Assembly (NCBI RefSeq): GCF_001194135.2
Contig: NC_068981.1
Coordinates: 94,970,118-95,034,117 of the forward strand
Source: Octopus bimaculoides
Lineage: Eukaryota
Reading direction: 5' to 3'
DNA: 64,000 bases
The notes beneath the pieces were generated by a model. The model was not told the DNA's origin. It saw nothing but the letters and a program-made list of their open reading frames with translations, and did not search any database. Below, in pieces: positions 52,170-63,291 of this stretch (position 1 is its first letter; each line of letters begins with the position of its first letter). A program made the translations under genes and the position numbers.

Positions 52170-54845
52170 AGAAGGAAATTCGAGCTTACCTGCTCATTCA
52201 TCTTTCGAGGGGGATTATTCTCAGTATTTCTGAGACAAGTTCCCCCTCTTTTCTTTCATACAAACATGGTTCTACCGGCGGGTTAAATACCTAAGGCAGT
52301 TCTTTCAGTTTTGCTATCTTTTTTAGATGTCTACTTTTAAGTTCGTTGTGAAGTGAAACTAACACCTCGATCGCCATTATATACAAAGAAGCCATCTTCT
52401 CTCGCTGTTATAAATATAATCAAGTTCGGGCGTAGTAGAGAACAGTCTACTGTATTCCTCACGTGACTAATTATTATTTGAAGCGGCAACTGCTTCGTAC
52501 CGTTCTCGCCANNNNNNNNNNNNNNNNNNNNNNNNNNNNNNNNNNNNNNNNNNNNNNNNNNNNNNNNNNNNNNNNNNNNNNNNNNNNNNNNNNNNNNNNN
52601 NNNNNNNNNNNNNNNNNNNNNNNNNNNNNNNNNNNNNNNNNNNNNNNNNNNNNNNNNNNNNNNNNNNNNNNNNNNNNNNNNNNNNNNNNNNNNNNNNNNN
52701 NNNNNNNNNNNNNNNNNNNNNNNNNNNNNNNNNNNNNNNNNNNNNNNNNNNNNNNNNNNNNNNNNNNNNNNNNNNNNNNNNNNNNNNNNNNNNNNNNNNN
52801 NNNNNNNNNNNNNNNNNNNNNNNNNNNNNNNNNNNNNNNNNNNNNNNNNNNNNNNNNNNNNNNNNNNNNNNNNNNNNNNNNNNNNNNNNNNNNNNNNNNN
52901 NNNNNNNNNNNNNNNNNNNNNNNNNNNNNNNNNNNNNNNNNNNNNNNNNNNNNNNNNNNNNNNNNNNNNNNNNNNNNNNNNNNNNNNNNNNNNNNNNNNN
53001 NNNNNNNNNNNNNNNNNNNNNNNNNNNNNNNNNNNNNNNNNNNNNNNNNNNNNNGCATACACATACATGTATCACTTACACACTCTTTTCTTTACACGAC
53101 GGCCTGTCTTTTATTATGTTTTAATATGTCGCATTCACACTCACACACAGACATACACTTTAATGCTACAATAAATATTACAGTTATTCATCTTTATCGG
53201 TTGTGTTCTATCGTCTTCATTTACTGGCATTTACGAATTCACTATGTTATCGAAGTATAACATATTTATATCATTTGATATATATTTTGTGTTCGACCAT
53301 GTGACGCGTTTAATAAAAGGAGCCCTGTTTTTCCATTCGTCACCATTTCTCCTTTTGGGTTCGCACGGTCGTTCTTACAGTTGTATAATTTTCGAGCGAT
53401 TTTCCCCAGCGTTACTGGGCTCATTTTATTGTCGTTGGCACATAGGGATGTTTTGTGGTGAGGTCCAATGATCCCCCAACCAGGTATTTGTTGTTGCTTT
53501 TGTAAACGATTGTCGTAGTGTCCTCTCTTTCAGGAATATCGATTGTCTCCGACATAAACTTATTTTCTTTCTTTTTTCCTTTTTCCTTCAGTTCAGGTTT
53601 CTTGACTATTTTGGCTTTTGGAGCCGCCTCCTGTGTATTGGTGGGCGATTCCATTCTTTTGGTTCGCTTACGTGACACCGTCTGGAAGTCCATATTTTCA
53701 GTAGACGGTGTCACAACTGACTCTGGATTCTCGGTGTTTTCCCCACTAATGGAGACGGTCGTTCGCTGTGTAATGGCCTCCTTGGCCGGAAGCGCCGCCT
53801 CTTTACTTTTCCCTTTGGGGTCATTTTTACTGGTAGAGGCAGTCGCTCGCTATGTAATGGCCTACTTTGCCAGAAGTGCCGCCTCTTTACTTATCCCCTT
53901 GGGGTCATTTTTACTGGTAGAGGCGGNNNNNNNNNNNNNNNNNNNNNNNNNNNNNNNNNNNNNNNNNNNNNNNNNNNNNNNNNNNNNNNNNNNNNNNNNN
54001 NNNNNNNNNNNNNNNNNNNNNNNNNNNNNNNNNNNNNNNNNNNNNNNNNNNNNNNNNNNNNNNNNNNNNNNNNNNNNNNNNNNNNNNNNNNNNNNNNNNN
54101 NNNNNNNNNNNNNNNNNNNNNNNNNNNNNNNNNNNNNNNNNNNNNNNNNNNNNNNNNNNNNNNNNNNNNNNNNNNNNNNNTACTAGTAGAGGTGGTCGCC
54201 CGCTGTGTCACAGTCTCCGTGGCTGGGGGGACCGCCTCTTCGTTTTTCTCTTCTTCCTTGTCCTTCTTTGTTTTTTTTTTGTGGGGGCATTTTGACCTCA
54301 GGCGCCCTTTTTTCACATTGATAGCACCTGAGTCTTCTCCTCTCCACATGGGCTGCCAATATTGACTTCTCTACGTGCATTGTTTCTGGTAGACCTTCCA
54401 AATCTAGACTTGTCGGTTTTGCCAGGAACTCCAGAGTTTGACCCCGCCAATTTCGTGTGGCGTCTCTGGAGATCTGAATAATATTTATTTTGTCCTCTCT
54501 CTTGTAGAGGAGTGTGACAACGATCTATGCTACCTCCACCTCTGGGGGATGCTCTTAATCCTTATCAGGGACGTTCTGCATCCCAGATATAGAGGCAGTA
54601 GCATAACGTTGCCACATAGCAAGGTTCGAGTTGGGAATTCTCTTGCCTTCTCAATCAATTCGAACCTTGCATCGATAGTCGCGTACCTGGTACCTCGGGC
54701 TAGGTACTTTATTTCGTTCATCACCGGTTCGAGACAACTTTCAACTATGCTTTCCTCCAAATATTCTAGCCTTTTCTTTTCCACATCATAAGTTTTATAT
54801 ATAATGGTATTTTCCTTTTTCTTGTTTCTTATTTCACTGATAGTT
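52170..54845 (-). pseudogene. Tx1 ORF1 (gag-like), disrupted
   Basis: ...RTSLIRIK..., RCYQCEK-(frameshift)-GRLRSKCP, a Lys/Glu-rich linker and tandem repeats; the extent below 53421 is inferred from degenerate reading frames. Confidence 0.7.
53758..53926. repeat. 84-bp tandem repeat inside ORF1 (2 units visible, then an N gap)
   Basis: Units start at 53758 and 53842. Confidence 0.9.
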
Positions 54846-55110
54846 GTTGACAACGGATAGTTTTTGTTGACAAACAACGGCACTAATTGTTTTCACCTCA
54901 ATAGACGTCAGTGATTGGTTGAAATTACCGAAATATGACAATTTTTTACATGAAATAACTTCGAATACAAAATTTTTTATCTGTTCTATAACACAAAATA
55001 TACAAGTATTCGAAGTTTGAAAGTGTTTCGGTACCAAAAACACTACATAAAACATTAATGAAAAATGTTGGCCGTCAAACCATATAAAGATCCGACATTT
55101 TCAATATATA
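54845..55110. mobile_element. Fragment of the foldback MITE seen at 60915-61753, inserted at the start of ORF1
   Basis: ttgttttcacctcaatagacgtcagt.attggttgaaattaccgaaata is shared with 61540-61590. Confidence 0.8.
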
Positions 55111-55419
55111 TATATTTTTTAAATATTCAAAAATTCCACAATTTTTGTTCCGAAAAGGAACACGGTTCAAAATTAACCGCAAGCGGTAAACACAATTTAT
55201 ATATCCTTCCCCCTTGTAGAAGGATAACAGTTCACAATATTAACGCAGACAACTACTCAGCAACGCTTCTTCCACGGGAAACCAACAAGCACAATGTAAC
55301 AATTCCTGCAAGCAGGCAACAACTACAACAACCAACTTTCAAAGCAAACACAAGCAGACACATCACGTAAGAATGTGAGCGAACGATGGTCTGGAACCAG
55401 AGTCCTCGAGACGAGGAGT

Positions 55420-55565
55420 AGCTGGCTTTTTATAGGGAACAGACTGGGTTTTTATAGGGTTGAGAACAGACCGTCTCACGCAATTTATTTGGAAGCTGCG
55501 GTTGGTTATATCTTGCAATTGGTGCGACAGAGTATGAGCCAATTTGCACCAGTACCAACCAATCA
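55420..55565 (-). promoter_or_regulatory. TATA x2 + CCAAT x3 promoter-like module facing the LINE
   Basis: Two ctataaaaa on the minus strand (~55426-55434, ~55449-55456); attgg at 55518, ccaat at 55539 and 55559. Confidence 0.5.
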
Positions 55566-55639
55566 GTATGGTGAACACAACGGGGTCCAAATAGCGGCCA
55601 AAGGTTAGCTGTTATCTGCTACATTCGGATGTATGTATG

Positions 55640-55814
55640 TATAATAAAGGAGAGAGGAATTTCACTAGTGTGTACGTTACAAATATATCGACCCCAGTAC
55701 TTATTTTTTTAAAACCTGGTACTTATGCTATGCGTCTATTTCACCGAAGCGCTAAATTACGGGGATGTAAGCACAACACCAGTTGTGAAGTGATGGTGGT
55801 GGACACACACACAT

Positions 55815-55857
<43 letters not shown>

Positions 55858-56052
55858 CACACACACACACTCACACACACACACCACACACAAACAAGAC
55901 GAGCTTCTATCAGTTTCAGTCAACCGAATCCACTCACAAAGCTTTGGTCAACCCGAGGCTATAGAAGACAACACTTACACAAGGTGCCACGCAGTAGGAC
56001 TGAACCCTGGATCATGTGGTTGGGAAGCGAGCTTCTTACCACACAGCCGAGC
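55640..56052 (-). mobile_element. tRNA-headed SINE with internal (CA)n, CpG-intact
   Basis: Head gctcggctgtgtggtaagaagctcgcttcccaaccacatg...ggttcagtcc on the minus strand. Confidence 0.85.
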
Positions 56053-56089
56053 ATGTATGTATGTATGTATGAGCAAGTTTTATTGAAAT

Positions 56090-57170
56090 GCTGGTGGTTA
56101 TAGCAATTGATTATGAAGTGGTGGCAATGAATAGTCGTACTTTCTGAGGAATGGCACACACAGTACGGTATTTCCAAAGATTGAGGTAAATTGAAGCAAT
56201 GACAGAGACTGAAAAGTGATGAAAACTTTTGGAAAACTGTTACAATAGGCGACAAAATTATTATAATGGAAAATCTTAAGGCGTTTGAGAGAGGGAGTGC
56301 GAAGGAATAACCCTGAGCTGTGGACAAATAAAACCGAGATGCTGCACCAGAAACAATACACTTACTCATGAGTTACTTTTTTTTTTTTTTATTAGAAATA
56401 AATCTTTATTTTATCTAGTATAATTTCGACAAAAGAAAGACAAAGAAAAGAAGAAAACAAAACGGATAAAAAGAAAAAGGCGGAGAAAAAAGAGAAAAAG
56501 AAGAAAAAACATGAATGCAGCACCTAGAGCTTCGATTGATCGCACATCACGAAGTTTAACGGAACCTACTGAAGCAAGCCAGCACGCTCGCAGCATTACT
56601 ACGGCCGATGGTGAGGTTAAGGCGTTGGAAAAACCAAGTGCCTTCACAGGCATCACCTGACACCTCGGTGAGGCAAGCTGCCAACGATGACGAGAACGTC
56701 GCCGTTAGTGGCTCAGTCCCTCCAAACGTCTCAAACGTCACAGGTTGGAAGAGGTCACTGCAAGGTTCCAATATTTCAGGGTTTTGTTCCGTTCGGCTAC
56801 GGAAGCAGTGACCCTCCCATTTACTGCAGCATCCAGGATGTGAGTGGGAGCAAAAGAGTCACAGACTGTGGCGTCCCAGATGAGGCACCTACCTCCAACC
56901 CAGGGACAGAGTATTTCTGATTGTTTTGGCAAAGCACGATGTGAATCTCGTCACCCAGACGCTCTACTCTCAGGATTTGGCCCCTGTGGACTTCCTTTAA
57001 TCCCAAAGTTGAAATCTACCCTGTATAGTCGCCAGTTTCTGATGATAAGACAGATCGAAGATAATTCTGGCACTACCCCTGAAGACGCGCCTCAAGACAT
57101 ATTCCAAAAACTGGGGAAATGCTGGGAGCGGTCTCTCACTAATGGAGGAAATTATTTTGGAGAAGACATA
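56090..57170 (+). pseudogene. mariner transposase remnant interrupted by a CRE-like insertion
   Basis: LRRLREGVRRNNPELW...LH to the left of the insertion; HP...GPC...IPKLK...W...GNYF to the right. Confidence 0.65.
56377..56920 (-). pseudogene. CRE-like non-LTR retrotransposon, 5'-truncated, poly(A)-tailed
   Basis: PWVGGRCLIWDATVCDSFAPTH...AERNKTLKY and FETFG...QRL...GRSNAASVLA; aataaa followed by A14. Confidence 0.85.
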
Positions 57171-57199
57171 CATACATACATACACACATACATAATACA

Positions 57200-57460
57200 T
57201 ACATACAGAAGATAGTGAAAAAGAGAATACCTACGCTGAACTATTGAGAAATCTGCAGTTACTCTATCCAAATTACAAGTTCAGATTTATACCTGTAATT
57301 ATTGGGACACTGGGATATGTAACAAACTGCCAAAATACCAATCTTGAGAAATTAAGTTTCTTAAAACCAGAATGAAGAAAGCTGATTCGAAGACTACAGA
57401 TCCAACCCATCACTGGAACTGTAAATATCAGTAAAACTTTCCAGAAGTTTACCATTTAAG
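57200..57460 (+). pseudogene. RLE-type (R4/NeSL-like) retrotransposon 3' end
   Basis: KENTYAELLRNLQLLYPNYKFRFIPVIIGTLG...ITGTVNISKTF*. Confidence 0.6.
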
Positions 57461-57620
57461 TATATATGAGCATGTTTATCTACATACATACATATATACA
57501 TACATACATGCAGAAATACCCAATTGATGTTGTTGAAATTCCAAAGAAGGAGATTTGGATCTAGGTTGGAAACCGACATTTTATCCATTGGCAAGAAATC
57601 TTGAAATAAAACTGAATGAC

Positions 57621-57740
57621 ATGCATACATACATACATACATACATACATACATACATACATACATACGTACGTACATACATACATACATACATACATAC
57701 ATACGTACGTACATACATACATACATACATACATACATAC
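57621..57740. repeat. (TACA)n microsatellite (also 58755-58840, 59165-59192)
   Basis: Read directly from the sequence; these runs border N gaps. Confidence 0.95.
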
Positions 57741-58305
57741 NNNNNNNNNNNNNNNNNNNNNNNNNNNNNNNNNNNNNNNNNNNNNNNNNNNNNNNNNNNN
57801 NNNNNNNNNNNNNNNNNNNNNNNNNNNNNNNNNNNNNNNNNNNNNNNNNNNNNNNNNNNNNNNNNNNNNNNNNNNNNNNNNNNNNNNNNNNNNNNNNNNN
57901 NNNNNNNNNNNNNNNNNNNNNNNNNNNNNNNNNNNNNNNNNNNNNNNNNNNNNNNNNNNNNNNNNNNNNNNNNNNNNNNNNNNNNNNNNNNNNNNNNNNN
58001 NNNNNNNNNNNNNNNNNNNNNNNNNNNNNNNNNNNNNNNNNNNNNNNNNNNNNNNNNNNNNNNNNNNNNNNNNNNNNNNNNNNNNNNNNNNNNNNNNNNN
58101 NNNNNNNNNNNNNNNNNNNNNNNNNNNNNNNNNNNNNNNNNNNNNNNNNNNNNNNNNNNNNNNNNNNNNNNNNNNNNNNNNNNNNNNNNNNNNNNNNNNN
58201 NNNNNNNNNNNNNNNNNNNNNNNNNNNNNNNNNNNNNNNNNNNNNNNNNNNNNNNNNNNNNNNNNNNNNNNNNNNNNNNNNNNNNNNNNNNNNNNNNNNN
58301 NNNNN

Positions 58306-58336
<31 letters not shown>

Positions 58337-58756
58337 CCAAAATCACGCAGTAAGAGTGAATGGTGAAGGGAGAAGAAAGAAAATAGTAATTCAGTGAAGG
58401 AGAAGTAGTGAGAATAATAGCCATGGCTGAGAGGGAGTGAGAGAAAGTAATAGCAACGAGAGAGAGAAAGTGACAAATAGACCGTCGTGTATCTTCTACT
58501 ATAATAATCTACTATGATAATACCCTTGTGTATTTCTCCATCACAACATATGAATGAGAAAGGAAGGGGTGATCCACCGATGGAAGTGGAATGTTGAAAA
58601 GTCAACGGTGAAACAAAAATCAAACAGCGCTTCAACTCTGTGTGAGTATATGTGTGTGCGTGTAAAAAGGAGGAATGTGAATGTTGAATGTTTGTGTTTG
58701 CGTATGTTTATTTAGAAAGATACATAGAAAATAGAATTACAGACAAGTGCATTTAC

Positions 58757-58792
<36 letters not shown>

Positions 58793-58809
58793 NNNNNNNN
58801 NNACATACA

Positions 58810-58840
<31 letters not shown>

Positions 58841-60914
58841 GAAAAACAAAGAGAACATCATCCTACGTGTCGGCAATGAGGTTCTCAGGAAGTACTCTCT
58901 TCTTGACAACCTTCCACATAACCTGAAAACAGTTGGATAAACATACTTCAAAGAAGAACTGAAAGTGAAACGGTCAACATATAAGAAAGTCCGTGCATGT
59001 GTATGTTTTCCGGAAAACTGGAAAATCATACCAGTATCGATATGATGTGTAACCTTGTACTCGCGATTGCTATATTACATCACACTCCAAAAGCTATGCG
59101 TTTGCAGGAGATTACAATAAAATTTTCTAATATAATAATGAGTGTAATGTTTTTATAAATTTGTGTGTATATGTATGTATGTATGTATGTATNNNNNNNN
59201 NNNNNNNNNNNNNNNNNNNNNNNNNNNNNNNNNNNNNNNNNNNNNNNNNNNNNNNNNNNNNNNNNNNNNNNNNNNNNNNNNNNNNNNNNNNNNNNNNNNN
59301 NNNNNNNNNNNNNNNNNNNNNNNNNNNNNNNNNNNNNNNNNNNNNNNNNNNNNNNNNNNNNNNNNNNNNNNNNNNNNNNNNNNNNNNNNNNNNNNNNNNN
59401 NNNNNNNNNNNNNNNNNNNNNNNNNNNNNNNNNNNNNNNNNNNNNNNNNNNNNNNNNNNNNNNNNNNNNNNNNNNNNNNNNNNNNNNNNNNNNNNNNNNN
59501 NNNNNNNNNNNNNNNNNNNNNNNNNNNNNNNNNNNNNNNNNNNNNNNNNNNNNNNNNNNNNNNNNNNNNNNNNNNNNNNNNNNNNNNNNNNNNNNNNNNN
59601 NNNNNNNNNNNNNNNNNNNNNNNNNNNNNNNNNNNNNNNNNNNNNNNNNNNNNNNNNNNNNNNNNNNNNNNNNNNNNNNNNNNNNNNNNNNNNNNNNNNN
59701 NNNNNNNNNNNNNNNNNNNNNNNNNNNNNNNNNNNNNNNNNNNNNNNNNNNNNNNNNNNNNNNNNNNNNNNNNNNNNNNNNNNNNNNNNNNNNNNNNNNN
59801 NNNNNNNNNNNNNNNNNNNNNNNNNNNNNNNNNNNNNNNNNNNNNNNNNNNNNNNNNNNNNNNNNNNNNNNNNNNNNNNNNNNNNNNNNNNNNNNNNNNN
59901 NNNNNNNNNNNNNNNNNNNNNNNNNNNNNNNNNNNNNNNNNNNNNNNNNNATATTAGGGACAAAATCCAAAATTACAGGTAAAAACTCAATTAAAATCAA
60001 TTTATAAAAAATTAAAATTAAATTGAGCTTTATAGATAAAATATATATAAAATATATAGTTTTAGGGAAAATAACCAAGTTTCAAGAACTCATCGATGAA
60101 AATCCACTATCACATATAGAAAAATTAACAATTAAAAGCACAATAAATGAGTATAATATAAAGCAAAGTAAATATCACAAGATAAATATAATAAAATGAT
60201 TACACGTGTTTCATAACTAATTTTCAAATAGAAAGGAAATTTAAATCGATTAAAATCAATTGAAATTATCGAAAATTAAATTCTATTCAAAAATATAGCT
60301 AATCGTCAGATCGTAAGTAGAACAATAATGATAGACAAACTCTTTCGTATAAAAAAAAAAGCCGAAAATAAACACAAAGAGAACAATCGAAGAAGGCTAT
60401 AAAAACGTAGGAGGAGAGGTACACCTGCGAAGAGGAAACAATTGCCGATAACGACTCATCTCATTTGAAGACGAACCTATCTTCCGTGAGATGAGCCATC
60501 CGTCTCAGTGAATGAATGTAGAATCGTAGCGTGACGACTGTTATATGACAGGAAATTTGGTAAGCAAAATGCACCCATAGGTCAAAGAGTGGATGTTAAC
60601 TAAAGTGCATATTGCACCTATTCCTTATGAGTTCATATCATTATAAATCTGGAGACGGTATATATCAGTAACATACATAAAGGTATAAATAATATAAACT
60701 TATATATTTAAGGAAAAGTATGAGTGTACATGCATATATGCATGCCCATTTTTCTCTCTTAAGATTGTCATTTTGTCGGGGTGGGAAATTTGCTTGTTCT
60801 TCAATACACAAGAGCTATGCTGTATGGAACTAAGATTCGACGAAGCTACTCGTATAAACAGATGACAAATGCGAAGGTAAAGGAAGGCCATAGAAGAACG
60901 GCTTCATATATTTA

Positions 60915-61753
60915 ATCAAACATTTGGATCTTTCTGATTTGGCGGACACCTAATTTTTATTTAGTGTGTTTTCTACCGAAACACTTTAAAACTTCGTATA
61001 CTTGTATATTTTGTCTTATAGAACAGAGAAAAAAAAAATGTTATATTCGAAGTTATTTCATGTTAAAAATTGTCGGGATAGGGTTTTAGAGTTAGGGTTA
61101 GGGTTTTAGATAATCTCGTTTCAAACCACTCACCCAATGAGTATTTTTGCCAAATTTGAACAGTTGCTTCATATCCTAGAAATAGCAGCCAAATCTTCCT
61201 TCAAATCAAACTCTACCATCATTTAGAAAATGTGCTACTGAGTACACAGTACATAGAAAATTACCGAAAAATTGTTGAACAGATTTTCACCAAATTTGGC
61301 AAAAATACTTATTGGGTAAGTGGTTTGAAACGAGATTATCTAAAACCCTAACCCTAAAACCCCAACCCTAACGCTAAAACCAGTACAAACGCACGAACGA
61401 TGCCATAAATAACAGTGCAAATCATAAAGATCCCAGTACTGCCGATAATTGTTGTTGACAAACAATGGCAGTAATTTTATTCAAGGGAAAAGATCCCATT
61501 ACACCGCCAGAACGTGTTGTTGACAAACCACAGCAGTAATTGTTTTCACCTCAATAGACGTCAGTAATTGGTTGAAATTACCGAAATACGACAACTTTTA
61601 ACATGAAATAATTTGGAATACAGAAACTTTTCTTAACAAGGCTAAGAGAAAAATATGTTTAATATGACATATTTTACCAGTATCCCAAGTTTGAAAGTGT
61701 TTCGTTAGAAAACAAATGGTGTCCGCCAAATCAGAAAGATCCAAACATTTCAT
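60915..61753. mobile_element. Foldback MITE with nested inverted repeats and TTAGGG motifs
   Basis: Perfect 28-bp IR at 60923-60950 / 61718-61745; inner IR at ~61082-61158 / 61291-61361. Confidence 0.85.
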
Positions 61754-62832
61754 TAGCCGCATCGATATCACTGGTTTGAGCTACCCGATAGAGCCTCCTG
61801 TCTANNNNNNNNNNNNNNNNNNNNNNNNNNNNNNNNNNNNNNNNNNNNNNNNNNNNNNNNNNNNNNNNNNNNNNNNNNNNNNNNNNNNNNNNNNNNNNNN
61901 NNNNNGCTTGGTGTAATCACTCAGTAAAATCATTTTTCACATAAGCATACATAAAATAACTTTGACATAATTGCCGACGAATTTTCTTGATTAATTCTTA
62001 GCAAATGAGCGAAATTCGTATTTTTTGGACCTTTTCTCAAACTTTTGTTTCAATCTAAACAAAGGAATAAAGTTACACCTCATCTCACACATTTCGAGTG
62101 TCTAATTATTTGGCATGAGATAAATTTGACCAATTCTATAAAAGAAGTTATCAGTGACGTATTACACTATCAGTTGTCATAATGTTTTGAGCTTCATATT
62201 GAAAGCACTGGTGAAAAGCGAAACAAATACTATCGATAATAAATCAATTACACTGCTGAGATTCCATAATAAACATTGTTCTTCCCACTCCGTTATTTAA
62301 TTGATTAGCATCTTACGTTGCATTGTGGGAAAGCGGTGTTAATTATTACATTTTCCTCTGTTTTTGTAGTGATTCCTGATTTCTCTTTTTAAATTTGATA
62401 CTCTTCTTTTTATGAAAATAATTGCTGTATTTTTTTCTTTTCGATTCCCTTTAAGTTAATGCGAAAGGATTTTTAACGTTCGCCTTCGTCATAGAATTTA
62501 TGAAAGGGTTTGTTACGTATTCTCTTTGTTTACAGTGGATAGTTTTCCATTTAAATATATTTTGTTAGAGAAGGTGTGACATTTTTCGCATGTAGCATTA
62601 GGTGAATACAAAGCTTTCATATTCAAAACTGCTTTTGGGAAACCCTTGAACTGTAGTTTATTTATTTCTGTACATTTACATTATCAGTCAGCAGCTGCTT
62701 CTATTGTTCGGACGTCAAGCGAAGATATATCTTATCACACGCATGTGTATTTCGCTTTTCACCAGTACTTTCAATATATATGGATATTTCGTCAACGTAT
62801 CATATATTCGAAAAAAAAAGCACACTCTAAAG

Positions 62833-63135
62833 CAGGGGTTGGGTAAGCTTTTTACACAATTACCCCAAAATATATTTATTTACGCCGACGTTACCCCCTT
62901 GATTTGAAAGGAAGAATATCATAGATTCTTTGAATTCAAAAGGTTTATTGAACCTATTTATACGAATCTATTTACATGTCTATTACATTGGACAGATGGT
63001 TGCTAGAAGAAAAATTTCTGTCGCAACAAGGAACTCGTTTTTTGTGTAATTTTACTTATATCTAATGAGACCTCATTACTGACAAAAATTTCGTTTTTAC
63101 CCCACTTGTGTAATTCATCCCGGTTCGCCGACCCT
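62833..63135. mobile_element. Possible hAT (Charlie-like) MITE
   Basis: ctctaaag|CAGGGGTTGGGTAAGC start; the right end is degenerate. Confidence 0.35.
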
Positions 63136-63182
63136 TTCTCCAACGCATAAAGCAGTAATGTATTTATATGTAAATAAGAAAA

Positions 63183-63291
63183 TGTCCGGTCATAGAGTGA
63201 CCAATGGTCTCGCATCCACAAATCTCCAGGGACGTCCATGAAGCTAAGCCCTTTGTGGATGCGAAACCATTGGTCACTTTATGACAGGACA
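63183..63291. repeat. 40-bp inverted repeat with a 29-nt loop
   Basis: Arms 63183-63222 and 63252-63291, with three non-Watson-Crick positions. Confidence 0.9.

Larger units (their letters stand above)
47100..55380 (-). mobile_element. Near-full-length L1/Tx1-clade LINE with nested insertions
   Basis: ORF1 with a zinc-knuckle remnant, then APE-RT ORF2 with a C-terminal C..C...ET..H/Y...C motif; outer boundaries approximate. Confidence 0.85.

Noticed and set aside
54530-54883. ATG at 54883 as the LINE ORF1 start
   Set aside because: The first residues come from the inserted MITE fragment (54845-55110).
57394-58635. ORFs with MYVC/HTYI repeats
   Set aside because: They are translations of (TACA)n and (TA)n microsatellites plus gaps.
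2380-60078. Long ORF-track entries consisting mostly of X
   Set aside because: They are artefacts of translating N gaps.
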